Part shown: positions 51,483 through 62,070 of the stretch, piece by piece
Position numbering within the stretch: position 1 is the stretch's first letter
Layout: every line of letters begins with the position of its first letter
Origin: Nitrospiraceae bacterium
Lineage (GTDB): Bacteria > Nitrospirota > Thermodesulfovibrionia > UBA6902
DNA: 64,000 nt
Assembly: GCA_020356065.1 (NCBI GenBank)
Contig: CP070632.1
Span: 141,262-205,261, forward strand
Direction of reading: 5' to 3'
Translations under genes and position numbers: made by a program
Notes under the pieces: model-generated
The model's database searches: none
What the model saw: only the letters and a program-made list of their open reading frames with translations
What the model was told of the DNA's origin: nothing

Positions 51483-51536
51483 TTTCAGATAACCGGTCTG
51501 GTAATTAAGATACCAGTATATAATTTTTTCTTAAAT

Positions 51537-51566
51537 AAAAAGGCCCAGGTTAAAGAACCTGAACCC
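51537..51566 (-). terminator. Rho-independent terminator after rpsI
   Basis: Minus strand GGGTTCAGGTT-cttt-AACCTGGGCC-TTTTT. Confidence 0.6.
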
Positions 51567-51620
51567 GTTTATTCATTACAATTTGAGTATTATAAAAAAT
51601 CTGTATCCTGATCTGACGTA

Positions 51621-52013
51621 TTATCTCTTCGAGAACTGGAAACGTGCCCTGGCACCCTTAAGACCGTATTTTTTCCTTTCAACCGATCTCGGGTCCCTTG
51701 TTAACAGCCCCTCTTTTTTTAATTTTCCACGGAAATCGGAATTCGCCTGAACCAGCGCACGTGATATGCCATGTCTGATTGCCGAAGCCTGTCCGCTATA
51801 TCCTCCACCCTTGACCCTGACGCTAATATCATATTTCCCGCTTACCGCAACTACATGTAAAGGCTGCTGAACTATCATTTTCATGGTTTCATGAGGAAAG
51901 TACTGGTTCATGGGTTTCTTGTTGATGACAATATTTCCTGAGCCGGCTTTCATAAACACCTGCGCAATAGATGACTTTCTTCTGCCTGTTGCATTATATT
52001 CTATTTCTGCCAT
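51621..52013 (-). CDS. rpsI: 30S ribosomal protein S9
   Basis: [34 protein letters not shown]. Confidence 0.98.
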   Translation of the reverse strand: MAEIEYNATGRRKSSIAQVFMKAGSGNIVINKKPMNQYFPHETMKMIVQQPLHVVAVSGKYDISVRVKGGGYSGQASAIRHGISRALVQANSDFRGKLKKEGLLTRDPRSVERKKYGLKGARARFQFSKR

Positions 52014-52029
52014 TTTTTAAAAAAACTCC

Positions 52030-52467
52030 TTATTTGATATTTAAAGACAATTCTTCAGGGTTCTGCGAACTGTGCGGATGGTCGGCTCCGCGATATACTT
52101 TTAATTTTTTGAACTGCTGTCTTCCAAGCGTGTTTTTTGGAAGCATGCCACGGACCGCGGAATAGATTATTCTTTCAGGAGATTCTTTCATAATATCCCT
52201 GGCCGTTTTTGATTTTAAACCGCCGGGATACCCTGAATGACGGTAATATGTCTTTTTCTCAAGTTTATTTCCCGTAAACCTGATTTTTTCCACATTTATT
52301 ATCACAACATAATCACCGGTATCTACATGTGGGGTAAAAATAGGTTTGTTTTTGCCCCTTATTATTGACGCAACTCGTGCAGCCAGCCTCCCTACTGCCA
52401 GCCCGTCAGCATCTATCACATGCCACTTCCTGATAACATCCGTATTTTTTGCTGATTTTGTTTTCAT
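52030..52467 (-). CDS. rplM: 50S ribosomal protein L13
   Basis: [35 protein letters not shown]. Confidence 0.98.
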   Translation of the reverse strand: MKTKSAKNTDVIRKWHVIDADGLAVGRLAARVASIIRGKNKPIFTPHVDTGDYVVIINVEKIRFTGNKLEKKTYYRHSGYPGGLKSKTARDIMKESPERIIYSAVRGMLPKNTLGRQQFKKLKVYRGADHPHSSQNPEELSLNIK

Positions 52468-52508
52468 ATTTCCTCGCTATGCTCGTATTAAAAAGAATAG
52501 AACATAAC

Positions 52509-52538
52509 ATGATAATGAAAAAATGCTTAATTTGTCAA
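52509..52538 (-). promoter_or_regulatory. sigma70-type promoter of rplM-rpsI
   Basis: TTGACA-18-TATCAT on the minus strand. Confidence 0.55.
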
Positions 52539-52583
52539 TACTAATGGAAATAATTACAATATCGGGGTACAAAAATCGTTTAA

Positions 52584-52769
52584 TTAAACCCTGTCACAGG
52601 AACGGTGAGAAAGTTTTTCCCAGAAATTCATATCAAGCTCGTCTACATATTCATCAATTGAATATTTATTGCTGCATTCCATGCAGCGCAGTGTAACGCC
52701 CCTTCAACCGATTTTCAATTCCAGTTTACCGCTACATTTCCTGCATTTCATGGATGATCTTGTACTCAT
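52584..52769 (-). CDS. Small dual-CxxC selenoprotein (61 aa, UGA read as Sec at codon 22)
   Basis: RBS GGGAGG; MSTRSSMKCRKCSGKLELKIG-U-RGVTLRCMECSNKYSIDEYVDELDMNFWEKLSHRSCDRV*; TGA at 52704-52706; SECIS-like hairpin downstream. Confidence 0.82.
52671..52687 (-). promoter_or_regulatory. Bacterial SECIS-like hairpin
   Basis: mRNA GCUGCAU-GGA-AUGCAGC; stem starts 16 nt and loop 23 nt after the UGA; G-containing loop. Confidence 0.72.
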
Positions 52770-52908
52770 GAATAAAAACCTCCCATTTCCAGTTTCATAT
52801 AGTATAGACCAATTGCATTTAAAAGTTAATTTTTCTGAAGTGGCATTGGCTTCTGAGATATTCCCATTTGAAAATTCATGCCTTCGACCGCTGGCGGGTG
52901 ATGTACTT

Positions 52909-52924
52909 TGGCAATTAAATTGCA
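52909..52924 (+). promoter_or_regulatory. sigma54-type site or palindromic operator upstream of the kinase operon
   Basis: TGGCAAttaaaTTGCA has -24/-12 spacing and contains the palindrome GCAATT-A-AATTGC. Confidence 0.5.
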
Positions 52925-53117
52925 TATAAATCGTTAGAATTATTTCTATACATTTCAATTTAATTTATATATATTTATGGTTGACAAATTATATATAATT
53001 AGGCATTTATTTTATTATGAATCTCTCTGAAATTATATTCCGGAAAGAGATTCATCTCATTTTTTATTGTGCATTAATAACATCAAGGCCATTAATCAGT
53101 GAAAAGGATAGAATGAT

Positions 53118-55247
53118 ATGAGTATTAGTCAGCACCATTCAGTCGCTTTGCTGATCTCATCTGCTTCATTTTTACTGTTGGGCCTGTTTGTTCTTTTTAA
53201 AGCTCCCCGCAAGCATATACATAAGGTTTTTTCATTTTACGCACTGTGTGTTGTCCTGTGGAGCTCTGGGCAGGCATACCTCAGCAGCACCACCAGTTCT
53301 GCCGGGTATATGATCGCCATTGTTCTTCTCACGTCAGGAACCATTTTCATTGCTCCGGCCTTTGTCCATTTCATATGTTCATTACTCAGGCTTCGTAGAT
53401 TAAAGAGCAGACTGCTGACCGCGCTTTACGTAATCAGCTGTTTCCTTCTGCTTGCGGTCACACCTGCATTGATTAAACCAGGCAGTAAGATAATGAGCTT
53501 CAGTATGAGCAGCTATCTTTTTTTCACAACCATTTTTTTCTGGACAGGCTGTGTTGTTTACGGATTTATTCTCCTATTAAAGTCATATGTTCGCTCAACA
53601 GGCTTGAGAAGAAAACAGTTGACGTTACTGGTAACAGGATCGCTTCTCGGATACTCTGGCGGGACGACAAACCTGCTTAACACTCTGGGTCCTGATAGTT
53701 TCCCGATTAGTCCTTTTGCCACATACGCTGTTCCGCTATATGGGGGCATCATTGCGTATGCCATATTCCGCTATCGTTTTTTAGGGATTAATATTCCTCT
53801 GAAAAGGGGTATGGCATATTCCTTTTCAGCAGGCCTTCTAATGGGACTTTTTGTCATACTGGTCTTATCAATAACTAATACACTGTCGGTGTATACGAAG
53901 GTTGACTCGTTTAAAATCAGTCTTTTGTCTGCCGGTATTATTGCATTTCTTTTTAATCCTCTCAGGAACCGGATTCAGGTATTAATTGATAAAATATTCT
54001 ATAAGAAGACGTATAACTATTACTCCATTCTTAAGAAAATCAATGCCAGACTTTCTTCAATATTTGACCTGAAGGAGATTTGTGACATCATCGGGAATGA
54101 GGTCTGTGCTGTCATGGGCTTAAGGAACATGTATGTACTGTCATACGTTCCGAAAGCAGGTTACAGGGTGATAAGCAGATCATCTATAAAACCCTCCATG
54201 AGAAAAGAATGCAAGGAAGGCGGGGATATTCATGCCAATGGCCTGAATCCTGATCAGTCACTGGACATAGCACGATACTGGCTTAATTCCAGAGATATTA
54301 TTTTAAACGGTGAACAGTCCGGTCTGGCCGGATATATTGCACCTGAACAACTGGAGAGCATTCACCTTGCATTCAAGCTATTTAACGGGGAGGTAATGGT
54401 CCCTGTAATGATAGACAATAAACCTTCCTTTCTTCTCATGATCGGCGAGAAAATGTCCTGTGAATTTTTCACTAGAGAGGATATTTCTCTGCTGGGTACA
54501 ATATCGGAGCAGATGGCTGTTGCAGTGAAACATTCAGAACTATACAAGGACAAGGTGCATTCAGAAAGGCTGGCATCTATTGGCATGATGTCAGCCACAT
54601 TTGCGCATGAAATCCGAAATCCTCTCACTTCATTAAAAACGTTTGCCCAGCTTATGCCAGAAAAATATAATGACAGTGAATTCAGAGATACCTTTTCAAA
54701 AATCGTTGAGGGAGAAATTGAAAAAATAGATCGCCTTATTAAAGACCTGCTTGACTTTTCCATTCATAAACAGGCATCGCGTATTGACCATTTCAATATT
54801 GTGTCTCTGGTAGATGAGACCATTGACTATGTTAAAGAGAAGGCCCCTGATAATATGAAAAGCATAACTGTACAGAAAAAATATAATGAGAGTGAAATAC
54901 TCATGACAGGCGATGCATCCAAACTTAACCAGGCGTTTGTAAATATAATAACAAACGGATATCAGGCAATGCACGGCGAAGGGCAGCTGATTGTTGATAT
55001 CAATCCAAAAGGGAAAAATGTGGAAGTTGTCATATCCGATACGGGAGAAGGTATAGAACCTGAGAGTATGGACAGAATATTCGATCCTTTCGTGACCTCC
55101 AAAGAGATGGGCATCGGTCTTGGTCTGGCCATCAGTAAACGAATTATTGAAGACCATAACGGAGAGTTGCATGTAATAAGTTCTGTATCGGAAGGTACGA
55201 GCTTCACGATCACACTCCCTGTACAGAATGGTTCACAAATATTATAA
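53118..55247 (+). CDS. 7TM (HisKA_7TM-type) sensor histidine kinase with GAF-like domain
   Basis: Multi-TM N-terminus ending YAIFRYRFLGI; AHEIRNPL, NIITNG, DTGEG, FDPF, GIGLGL. Confidence 0.9.
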   Translation: MSISQHHSVALLISSASFLLLGLFVLFKAPRKHIHKVFSFYALCVVLWSSGQAYLSSTTSSAGYMIAIVLLTSGTIFIAPAFVHFICSLLRLRRLKSRLLTALYVISCFLLLAVTPALIKPGSKIMSFSMSSYLFFTTIFFWTGCVVYGFILLLKSYVRSTGLRRKQLTLLVTGSLLGYSGGTTNLLNTLGPDSFPISPFATYAVPLYGGIIAYAIFRYRFLGINIPLKRGMAYSFSAGLLMGLFVILVLSITNTLSVYTKVDSFKISLLSAGIIAFLFNPLRNRIQVLIDKIFYKKTYNYYSILKKINARLSSIFDLKEICDIIGNEVCAVMGLRNMYVLSYVPKAGYRVISRSSIKPSMRKECKEGGDIHANGLNPDQSLDIARYWLNSRDIILNGEQSGLAGYIAPEQLESIHLAFKLFNGEVMVPVMIDNKPSFLLMIGEKMSCEFFTREDISLLGTISEQMAVAVKHSELYKDKVHSERLASIGMMSATFAHEIRNPLTSLKTFAQLMPEKYNDSEFRDTFSKIVEGEIEKIDRLIKDLLDFSIHKQASRIDHFNIVSLVDETIDYVKEKAPDNMKSITVQKKYNESEILMTGDASKLNQAFVNIITNGYQAMHGEGQLIVDINPKGKNVEVVISDTGEGIEPESMDRIFDPFVTSKEMGIGLGLAISKRIIEDHNGELHVISSVSEGTSFTITLPVQNGSQIL

Positions 55248-55320
55248 TATAGATATTAAACCTCAGATTGCTGCCATATATCAGTTGGTACGGTATCATA
55301 TTGTTTGTGAAAGATAAATC

Positions 55321-57357
55321 ATGGAGTTACTGGCATTATTAAGCAAAAACGAGAAAATGATTCTCGAGGTCAAAGCTGCCCTCAAAAAGTATACAGTCTA
55401 TCCTCTAAAAACACTGGATGAACTGGAAGATCTTAACAGCAATATACCTCTTAACCTGGTTCTTATGGACACTGACTGCCTTGGCTTGACTGAGCTGAGG
55501 GAATTCCTCGACCGGTTTGATGATGGCATGGCCGTCATTATTACCCGTGATAATATCAGATGTGATGTTCTCAATCTGCCAAATAGTGTAATCAGCAGTA
55601 TTTCAGCGGGGGCCACAGGGGATTCATTTCTTATGAGTGTTGAGAAAGCACTTGAAAAACAGAAACTCAGGCGCAGATTAAAATTATTGAAACAGTCAGG
55701 CAGATCCATCCCCCCCTCATATGATCAGGGGTTCGGTGTACAAAAACCGGACAGGTCGGCCGACGTTTCTGAACCACTGACGACCGGCAGAGTAATTCAC
55801 GAAAAAATAATAGTTAACTTTGCGAGGATGTTGACTGCCAGTTTTGACATGAGAAAGCTCCTTGACACCTTTATGGATTCAGTCATGGAAATAGCCAGGG
55901 TAAGCAGGATGTCCGTCCTGCTCAGGAACAAACAGGGATTTTATGTAAAAACCCACTACGGCCTGGACCCCTATATAGCAGACAACATGAGAATCTCAAG
56001 GGACAGTGCACTTGTTTCCTGGCTCGCAAAGACGGGAAGGATTATTCATAAACCGGCAAACTTTGTCGATTCTTCCGATGTTGATGTCAGCAGTGACATG
56101 GAAGCCCTGCAATGCACCGTTTCATTTCCCATGATATACAAGGGTAAGTTAATCGGTATATTTAACATAGACAGCAAGGTGACTGAGGAACCCTTTCATA
56201 AAGAAGAACTGGAAATGATATATGTGCTGTGCAACTATCTGGCTGCTGCTGTAAAGGATATCGATGTGTATCATCAGATGTGGTATCAGAAAGAGTTTAC
56301 AAAAAACATCTTATTGAGCATGAACAGCGGAATGATAGCAATTGACAGAGATGAAGCAATCACTTTTTTTAATAAACAGGCTTCAGAAATTCTTGCCATC
56401 GATGCTGAGAACATGATAGGGAAAAACACGAGGGCTCTGCCCTACCCTTTGGGAGATATTCTTTTGAGAACCATGGTGGCCGGAACATCATACAGCAGGT
56501 ACGAAGTGGAGATGGCCACCGGGGAACTAACTCTTGGCATCAACAGTTACCGGTTACAGGATGAACACAATATCCCTACAGGTGCCGGCATTATTTTTTC
56601 AGACATATCTGATTCAAAAAAACTGGCTGAACAGAACAACAGGACAGCGAAACTTGAGGCGGTTAATAATCTGGTGGCAAAAATTGCTCATGAGGTCCGA
56701 AATCCCCTTACATCCATTCAGACATATATACAACTTCTGAGCGACAAGCTTACTGATGATGATCTTCATAACTTCTATCTCTCAACAGTCAGAGACTCAA
56801 TTAATAAACTCACGGGTCTCATTGACAAGCTGGTGAGCTTCTCAAGTTCTGAAAACTACAATATGAAGCATTATGATGTGAATGTCTTTATTAATGAATC
56901 CTTTGAATTTCTCTTAAGAAACCTTCCCGTATCTCACAGGTTGTCAAAAATATTATCCGATACTCATCTGACCATCAATATTGATAAACGTCAGATGCTA
57001 AAAGCCATATATTATATTATTTTAAACATCATTGATATGACCCCCGAGGGAACCCTGATTCGGATCGGCACATACGGTACTAAACCGGAAGAACCTTTCC
57101 TGGAAATATCCATTGAATTCACTCAGACAGGCACAGCCGTCAAGGATAAGAAAGCATTGTTAAAACCGTTACTTGATATAGAACATCTCGGGACAGAACT
57201 GAACATCCCGATCAGTCATAAAATTATTGAAGCACATGAGGGCAGTCTTGATTTACGGTCATTTGATAAATTGCATTCCTTTATCATTAAATTACCTCTT
57301 GTAGAGCGGAGAGACGCTCAGGTTTCTTCTGAAGAAGGATGGGTACGTGGACAATAA
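55321..57357 (+). CDS. Receiver-like/GAF/PAS/HisKA protein with degenerate ATP-binding domain (pseudokinase)
   Basis: H-box AHEVRNPL intact; G1 replaced by EFTQTG, F box by LLKPL, G2 by GTELNI. Confidence 0.8.
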   Translation: MELLALLSKNEKMILEVKAALKKYTVYPLKTLDELEDLNSNIPLNLVLMDTDCLGLTELREFLDRFDDGMAVIITRDNIRCDVLNLPNSVISSISAGATGDSFLMSVEKALEKQKLRRRLKLLKQSGRSIPPSYDQGFGVQKPDRSADVSEPLTTGRVIHEKIIVNFARMLTASFDMRKLLDTFMDSVMEIARVSRMSVLLRNKQGFYVKTHYGLDPYIADNMRISRDSALVSWLAKTGRIIHKPANFVDSSDVDVSSDMEALQCTVSFPMIYKGKLIGIFNIDSKVTEEPFHKEELEMIYVLCNYLAAAVKDIDVYHQMWYQKEFTKNILLSMNSGMIAIDRDEAITFFNKQASEILAIDAENMIGKNTRALPYPLGDILLRTMVAGTSYSRYEVEMATGELTLGINSYRLQDEHNIPTGAGIIFSDISDSKKLAEQNNRTAKLEAVNNLVAKIAHEVRNPLTSIQTYIQLLSDKLTDDDLHNFYLSTVRDSINKLTGLIDKLVSFSSSENYNMKHYDVNVFINESFEFLLRNLPVSHRLSKILSDTHLTINIDKRQMLKAIYYIILNIIDMTPEGTLIRIGTYGTKPEEPFLEISIEFTQTGTAVKDKKALLKPLLDIEHLGTELNIPISHKIIEAHEGSLDLRSFDKLHSFIIKLPLVERRDAQVSSEEGWVRGQ

Positions 57358-58369
57358 CGATAAAATTCTTGTCATCGATGATGAACTTGCTCCACGAGAA
57401 TCAATACGTATGGTATTAAAGGACCACTATCATGTGTTAACCGCTTCAGGTGCGGGAGAAGGACTGGATATAATGAGCAGGGACCCCGTTGATCTGGTAG
57501 TGATGGATATTAAAATGCCGAAAATGGACGGAATTACTGCGTTGCAGCAGATCAAAAGCACACATCCTGATACGGAAGTCATACTTCTCACCGCTTATGC
57601 AAGTCTTGAAACTGCCAGAGATGCGATCCGCTTCGGTGCTTTTGATTACCTGATAAAACCTTTTGACAAAGATGATGTCATAATGATCGTTGAGAAGGGA
57701 CTTGAGAAGAGACGCACCAATGCCGGCCTCAGACTGGAACGAGATACACTGCTGGACAAGACATCCAGGCTGGAAAGTCAGATCAATGAGGCCCGCTCAA
57801 ACATTATGAATTATTATGATGGAACGGTTAAAGCCCTGATTTACACTATTGACGCCAAAGATCATTACACATTTAATCACTCCAACAGGGTTGCTGAGCT
57901 GGCATCAGCCATGGCTAAGGTAATTGGTGTGCCACAGACGACGATCAAGGGACTAGAGCACGCTGCCTCAATTCATGATATTGGGAAAATAGGAATTGAT
58001 GAGAGCATTCTCAGGAAAAAAGGACGCCTCTCGCCGGAGGAATACGAAGAAGTGAAAAACCATCCTGCAATCGGAGCAAGGATCGTAAAGTCCGTGCCCT
58101 TTCTTGAAGATGCGGTACCGGTAATTCTTTATCATCATGAACGGTTTGATGGTAACGGTTATCCTGAAGGATTCAGGAGCACGCAGATCCCTTTAACCGC
58201 CAGAATCGTTCTCGTTGCTGACGCGATTGATGCGATGATGAGTGACAGACCATACAGAAAAGCATTACCGATTGAACAGGTTATGAGCGAACTAAAAAAT
58301 AACTCAGGCACCCAGTTTGATCCGGTTATTACGAGCCTTGTGTTAAACGGTGACGTTCCCCTTCAGTAA
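57347..58369 (+). CDS. Response regulator with HD-GYP phosphodiesterase domain
   Basis: IDDE, MDIKMP, KPF; HSNRV, HDIGKIG, HHERFDGNGYP, RPYR; GTG start overlaps the upstream stop. Confidence 0.93.
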   Translation: MDNNDKILVIDDELAPRESIRMVLKDHYHVLTASGAGEGLDIMSRDPVDLVVMDIKMPKMDGITALQQIKSTHPDTEVILLTAYASLETARDAIRFGAFDYLIKPFDKDDVIMIVEKGLEKRRTNAGLRLERDTLLDKTSRLESQINEARSNIMNYYDGTVKALIYTIDAKDHYTFNHSNRVAELASAMAKVIGVPQTTIKGLEHAASIHDIGKIGIDESILRKKGRLSPEEYEEVKNHPAIGARIVKSVPFLEDAVPVILYHHERFDGNGYPEGFRSTQIPLTARIVLVADAIDAMMSDRPYRKALPIEQVMSELKNNSGTQFDPVITSLVLNGDVPLQ

Positions 58370-58636
58370 AAGTATCCTGTGCAGTTATCCGCTTCTTATA
58401 AAAATTCCGAACCATGATTATTTCTTCCCTCCGCTACTAACCGTAACATTTATTAGATAAGACATGCGTGCTAAAAAAACTTATTCATCGATACCTTAGT
58501 GACAGCTATCAAAAACACTCTGTAATATCATGTTTATAAGCAGTAACAATGAATATAATCAATCTTATGGCATTAAATAAGTTTTTTTAGCACAGACGTC
58601 CTGAAAAAAAATGTACGAATACCATGGACTGGCTTA

Positions 58637-60781
58637 CTATAACATGCTGATAGCCTGATAATACTTCTGGTTGTTTATTGAAGTGTTATAAAAATACTGA
58701 CGTAACACGGTATGTAAGGGGTGGTCTATTTGTTGGGCGAGTTCCTTTCTGATATGCTTACTTGTCTCCTTGTGCCTGGGCAGGTCTGCAATCAGTTTTT
58801 CAGCTTCTTCCAGACTTATCACATCCTCTTTTACTTTTTTTATAAAGGCTGCAAGCTGAGCACCGTTTCTGTCCTTCTTATTACCCGACTGTTCTTCTAC
58901 GAGTTGAATTAATTCATCAAGCCTGATTTTCAGGTTCGGATCATCATACGTAAGGTCTGCTGACACATCGTCTATATAATTGCTGACTTCATTATTAATC
59001 CTGCTCAGCCTTGACCGGATATCTTCCGTGATGAGTTTGGCTCCGTTGCCCTGAATGAAAATCACAGTATTGGCTCTCATCATGATATTGGGTATTTCCC
59101 TCTGTAAATCCTGTACTGATTTGATCATTGAGTCTGGAATTTCACCATGATTCCATGGTTGTGCCAACTCACTTTCTTTCAATTTCTGTGCTATCGGAAG
59201 AACATACTTAACATATAGGCCCGGCTTTCCCATCTCATTCACCTGATGTGCCAATTCCATAACTGCATCAGGGTTAAAGGGGAATATCTCCACATACTGT
59301 AACAGACTGTTAAATGTGCGACTGTAATTGAGCATTCCTTTGCTGTATGGCGCCAGCCTGCGATTCAGACTGGCATACTTGGCCGCAGCTTCGGCTGCAT
59401 TGAAGTAAGCATTATCAGGAATTATGTCAATATATCCATTTTTCTGGTAGTTTTCAAAAAATTCAAGGTATTGAAGCAATGCGGCCTCGGTCTTGATGAC
59501 CTTGTCTGAGTAATCCCGGATATCCGTCTCTGAAATTCCCTTTTCATAATAATATGCACTCCATAACGACAGTTCAACAACTGAGCTCCACAGACTGTGC
59601 ATCGCAGACACATAGTCCTTGCGTTGAGCAAAACCATGCTTTACCCACTGGTCCACCCTGATGTCCGCATCAGCCAGTTGATCAAATAATGTTATGGCCT
59701 TATCAATAGTAAGGTTTCCATCTTCTGCTGATAACGTAGCGAATACATTGTCACGCTCAATGTCCTTTGGTTCGGGCAATCTGGAATAAGCAAAACTTAT
59801 CAAATCTAGATAGTCACTTAAAACTGCCGCCTTTCCCTGACTCGTATTCGCTGATTCATAAGCAAGATTGTAATAAAGCCTGGAATTCGAAAAAGCCTCC
59901 CCTGCCTTAGCTGATGGGCCTGCGTCGTTCAGGGTCTTTTGTGTTTCAAAACGATACTGTTCAGCTTCAAGGAAAATGACAGTATAAAAAAGATTATTTG
60001 AGTCTGATTTCGGTCCTGTCATGCGGTTTACTACAGTTTTTACCGTATCTGAGTAACCATTCTCAAGAGTTAGCCTGTCCTTCAATGCGAGAATAACCGC
60101 TCCTAGGGAACCTACATTGCGCAGTTTGCACTGAATAATAGCCTTTGTTATGATCAGATTGGCAATATTTTCATACAGATAGGGCATGCTATATGCAAAA
60201 TCTTTCATGGATACAGGGGTAGTAGGGACTTTCAGCACCGTGTTTTCCTCTTCATGGGGAAGCACGATGTTAAGCCATATTTTAAAAATATTTTTTACGA
60301 AATTTCCGCTTGCAACATCCATATCCGTTCCATCAATTGCAAGAGCATCGTACGCATGAATAAAGCGGTACCAGAAATCTATATCAGATTTATCAATCTT
60401 TCCCTTAAGCACTTCAATCACTCTGATTGATTCATTTAATCTGAACTTGTCACCGCTTGTAATGTAAAGTATCAGTTCAGCAACTGCCAGGCGTTTATAC
60501 CTGTTTTCATGATATGGAAATCTACCGCCTTCGTTTTCGACAGCACCTGCGTTTTCTGAAGTACCAAAAAGTCTGTTGTTCCATGTATCGGCATATTGAG
60601 TCAGACTCTCACCAAACTGCTGTTCCTGATCACTGATCCAGGAAGTAAGCTCATCCTCATCCCAGTAGGTAAGTTCATAGGCATGATCCAGGTATATGTC
60701 CCATTTCGACTGATCGCTGTCAGTTTGAGCATATAATTGACTGCTGATAAAAAAGATGAATACAATTATTACTTTTTTCAT
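58637..60781 (-). CDS. Large exported hypothetical protein (714 aa, probably alpha-helical)
   Basis: Sec signal MKKVIIVFIFFISSQLYA; no recognisable family; ATGA overlap with the upstream gene. Confidence 0.8.
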   Translation of the reverse strand: MKKVIIVFIFFISSQLYAQTDSDQSKWDIYLDHAYELTYWDEDELTSWISDQEQQFGESLTQYADTWNNRLFGTSENAGAVENEGGRFPYHENRYKRLAVAELILYITSGDKFRLNESIRVIEVLKGKIDKSDIDFWYRFIHAYDALAIDGTDMDVASGNFVKNIFKIWLNIVLPHEEENTVLKVPTTPVSMKDFAYSMPYLYENIANLIITKAIIQCKLRNVGSLGAVILALKDRLTLENGYSDTVKTVVNRMTGPKSDSNNLFYTVIFLEAEQYRFETQKTLNDAGPSAKAGEAFSNSRLYYNLAYESANTSQGKAAVLSDYLDLISFAYSRLPEPKDIERDNVFATLSAEDGNLTIDKAITLFDQLADADIRVDQWVKHGFAQRKDYVSAMHSLWSSVVELSLWSAYYYEKGISETDIRDYSDKVIKTEAALLQYLEFFENYQKNGYIDIIPDNAYFNAAEAAAKYASLNRRLAPYSKGMLNYSRTFNSLLQYVEIFPFNPDAVMELAHQVNEMGKPGLYVKYVLPIAQKLKESELAQPWNHGEIPDSMIKSVQDLQREIPNIMMRANTVIFIQGNGAKLITEDIRSRLSRINNEVSNYIDDVSADLTYDDPNLKIRLDELIQLVEEQSGNKKDRNGAQLAAFIKKVKEDVISLEEAEKLIADLPRHKETSKHIRKELAQQIDHPLHTVLRQYFYNTSINNQKYYQAISML

Positions 60782-62070
60782 TTATTATTCCTTTCTGATG
60801 TTAAACAGTAATATGCATTTTTCAGTTCCTCGCAACGATTGGCAAGTTTCCTGCCCCCCTGGGGACGTACCTTCATGTCAAAGGAAGCAAACCTGGATGT
60901 GCCCATAAACAGGAATTCACCCAAGCCTTTACGATAACATCCCATGTTTTTCCCGATAACATTCAATATCTTCTTCTTAAGCATTCTCTCAGCCAATGCA
61001 TCTGTGCACGCATTTAACTCATCAAGTGGAACTCCCGTTATCATGAGATCTGGATCATTTATGTTATCATTTTTATTATCATCAGCAAGATCCGTCTTCT
61101 TTAATAACTCTTCCTTCTGACGGTCCTGCATCATTTCTCTTTTTTCAGGCACACCCTGCACAGCCGGCCTTTCAATAACCGGAGCACCGTCATCACCTGA
61201 TATCTCGGAAGAGCTTGATTCATTGGTAAAATCTGTGCCGGAATAGTCAACAGGGTCTTCATCAGGGAGGTCGCGCACAGCTTCATTCATGACCGGTACC
61301 TGCGGCCTGGCGATAGCATACTGACTTTCATCAACTGATTCTGTTTCCTCTTCCTCATATAGTGAGTCCCTGTGCGCTTTTTCCAGAGGTAGATTACTAT
61401 TTTCTTCTTCTCTGCTGCTTCTGGTTATCCTGTGCTGATCATCATTGTAATTCCGTTTCAGGTTAAAAGACTGCTCTCTTACCCCTTTTTCTATCTGCTC
61501 ATGTTCTTTTTTTTTGGCAACCTCTTTTCCTGTGATGACGCCAATATTATCTAGGGAACCAGCTTTTGCCATAAATGTTGATCCTCTGTCCCGTCTGTTC
61601 GTGGAAAAAGACTGGACACGTTCTCTTTTTTGCCGAGATGCCTTTCTTTTAATTGTAATATCATGTCTTGCAGCATGTTTACTTTCAGCAAGCGGAGGTG
61701 CAGCGTCAGCATATTTTTTGTCAGCCTGAAACCGGTTCTTCACACTCTTTTTTTTTATGGTCTGTATACTATCTGATACCAATTTCTTTTTCTGCACTTT
61801 TTTAACAGATTCAGGTTTCTTTACCTTCTTTACTGAAACCACTGGTTTTGACTGTTTAACTGTTTCTGATTTCGGTTTTTGTTTTGTTTCCTGCACCGGT
61901 TTTGACGGAGTCACAAGCTTCACAAAATACCTTTCTTCAATTCTTTCATTTTTCATAAACGGACTGGTAATTATAGCAAGTACCAGGATATGCAGCAGAG
62001 CTGACGCTATAAGAATTATCTGGAAGGCCGGTTCCGTACCTGATTTGGTTATATCTGCAGATCGAATCAT
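60778..62070 (-). CDS. TonB/TolA-like single-pass membrane protein with atypical Cys4 C-terminal domain
   Basis: N-terminal TM with SxxxH (ASALLH); long K/E/P/S-rich linker; C-terminal ~85 aa with four Cys. Confidence 0.65.
   Translation of the reverse strand: MIRSADITKSGTEPAFQIILIASALLHILVLAIITSPFMKNERIEERYFVKLVTPSKPVQETKQKPKSETVKQSKPVVSVKKVKKPESVKKVQKKKLVSDSIQTIKKKSVKNRFQADKKYADAAPPLAESKHAARHDITIKRKASRQKRERVQSFSTNRRDRGSTFMAKAGSLDNIGVITGKEVAKKKEHEQIEKGVREQSFNLKRNYNDDQHRITRSSREEENSNLPLEKAHRDSLYEEEETESVDESQYAIARPQVPVMNEAVRDLPDEDPVDYSGTDFTNESSSSEISGDDGAPVIERPAVQGVPEKREMMQDRQKEELLKKTDLADDNKNDNINDPDLMITGVPLDELNACTDALAERMLKKKILNVIGKNMGCYRKGLGEFLFMGTSRFASFDMKVRPQGGRKLANRCEELKNAYYCLTSERNNK

Noticed and set aside
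52669-52958. ORF-track calls 52669-52929 (+) and 52704-52958 (-)
   Set aside because: The first is an antisense shadow; the second is a mis-started, UGA-truncated version of the selenoprotein
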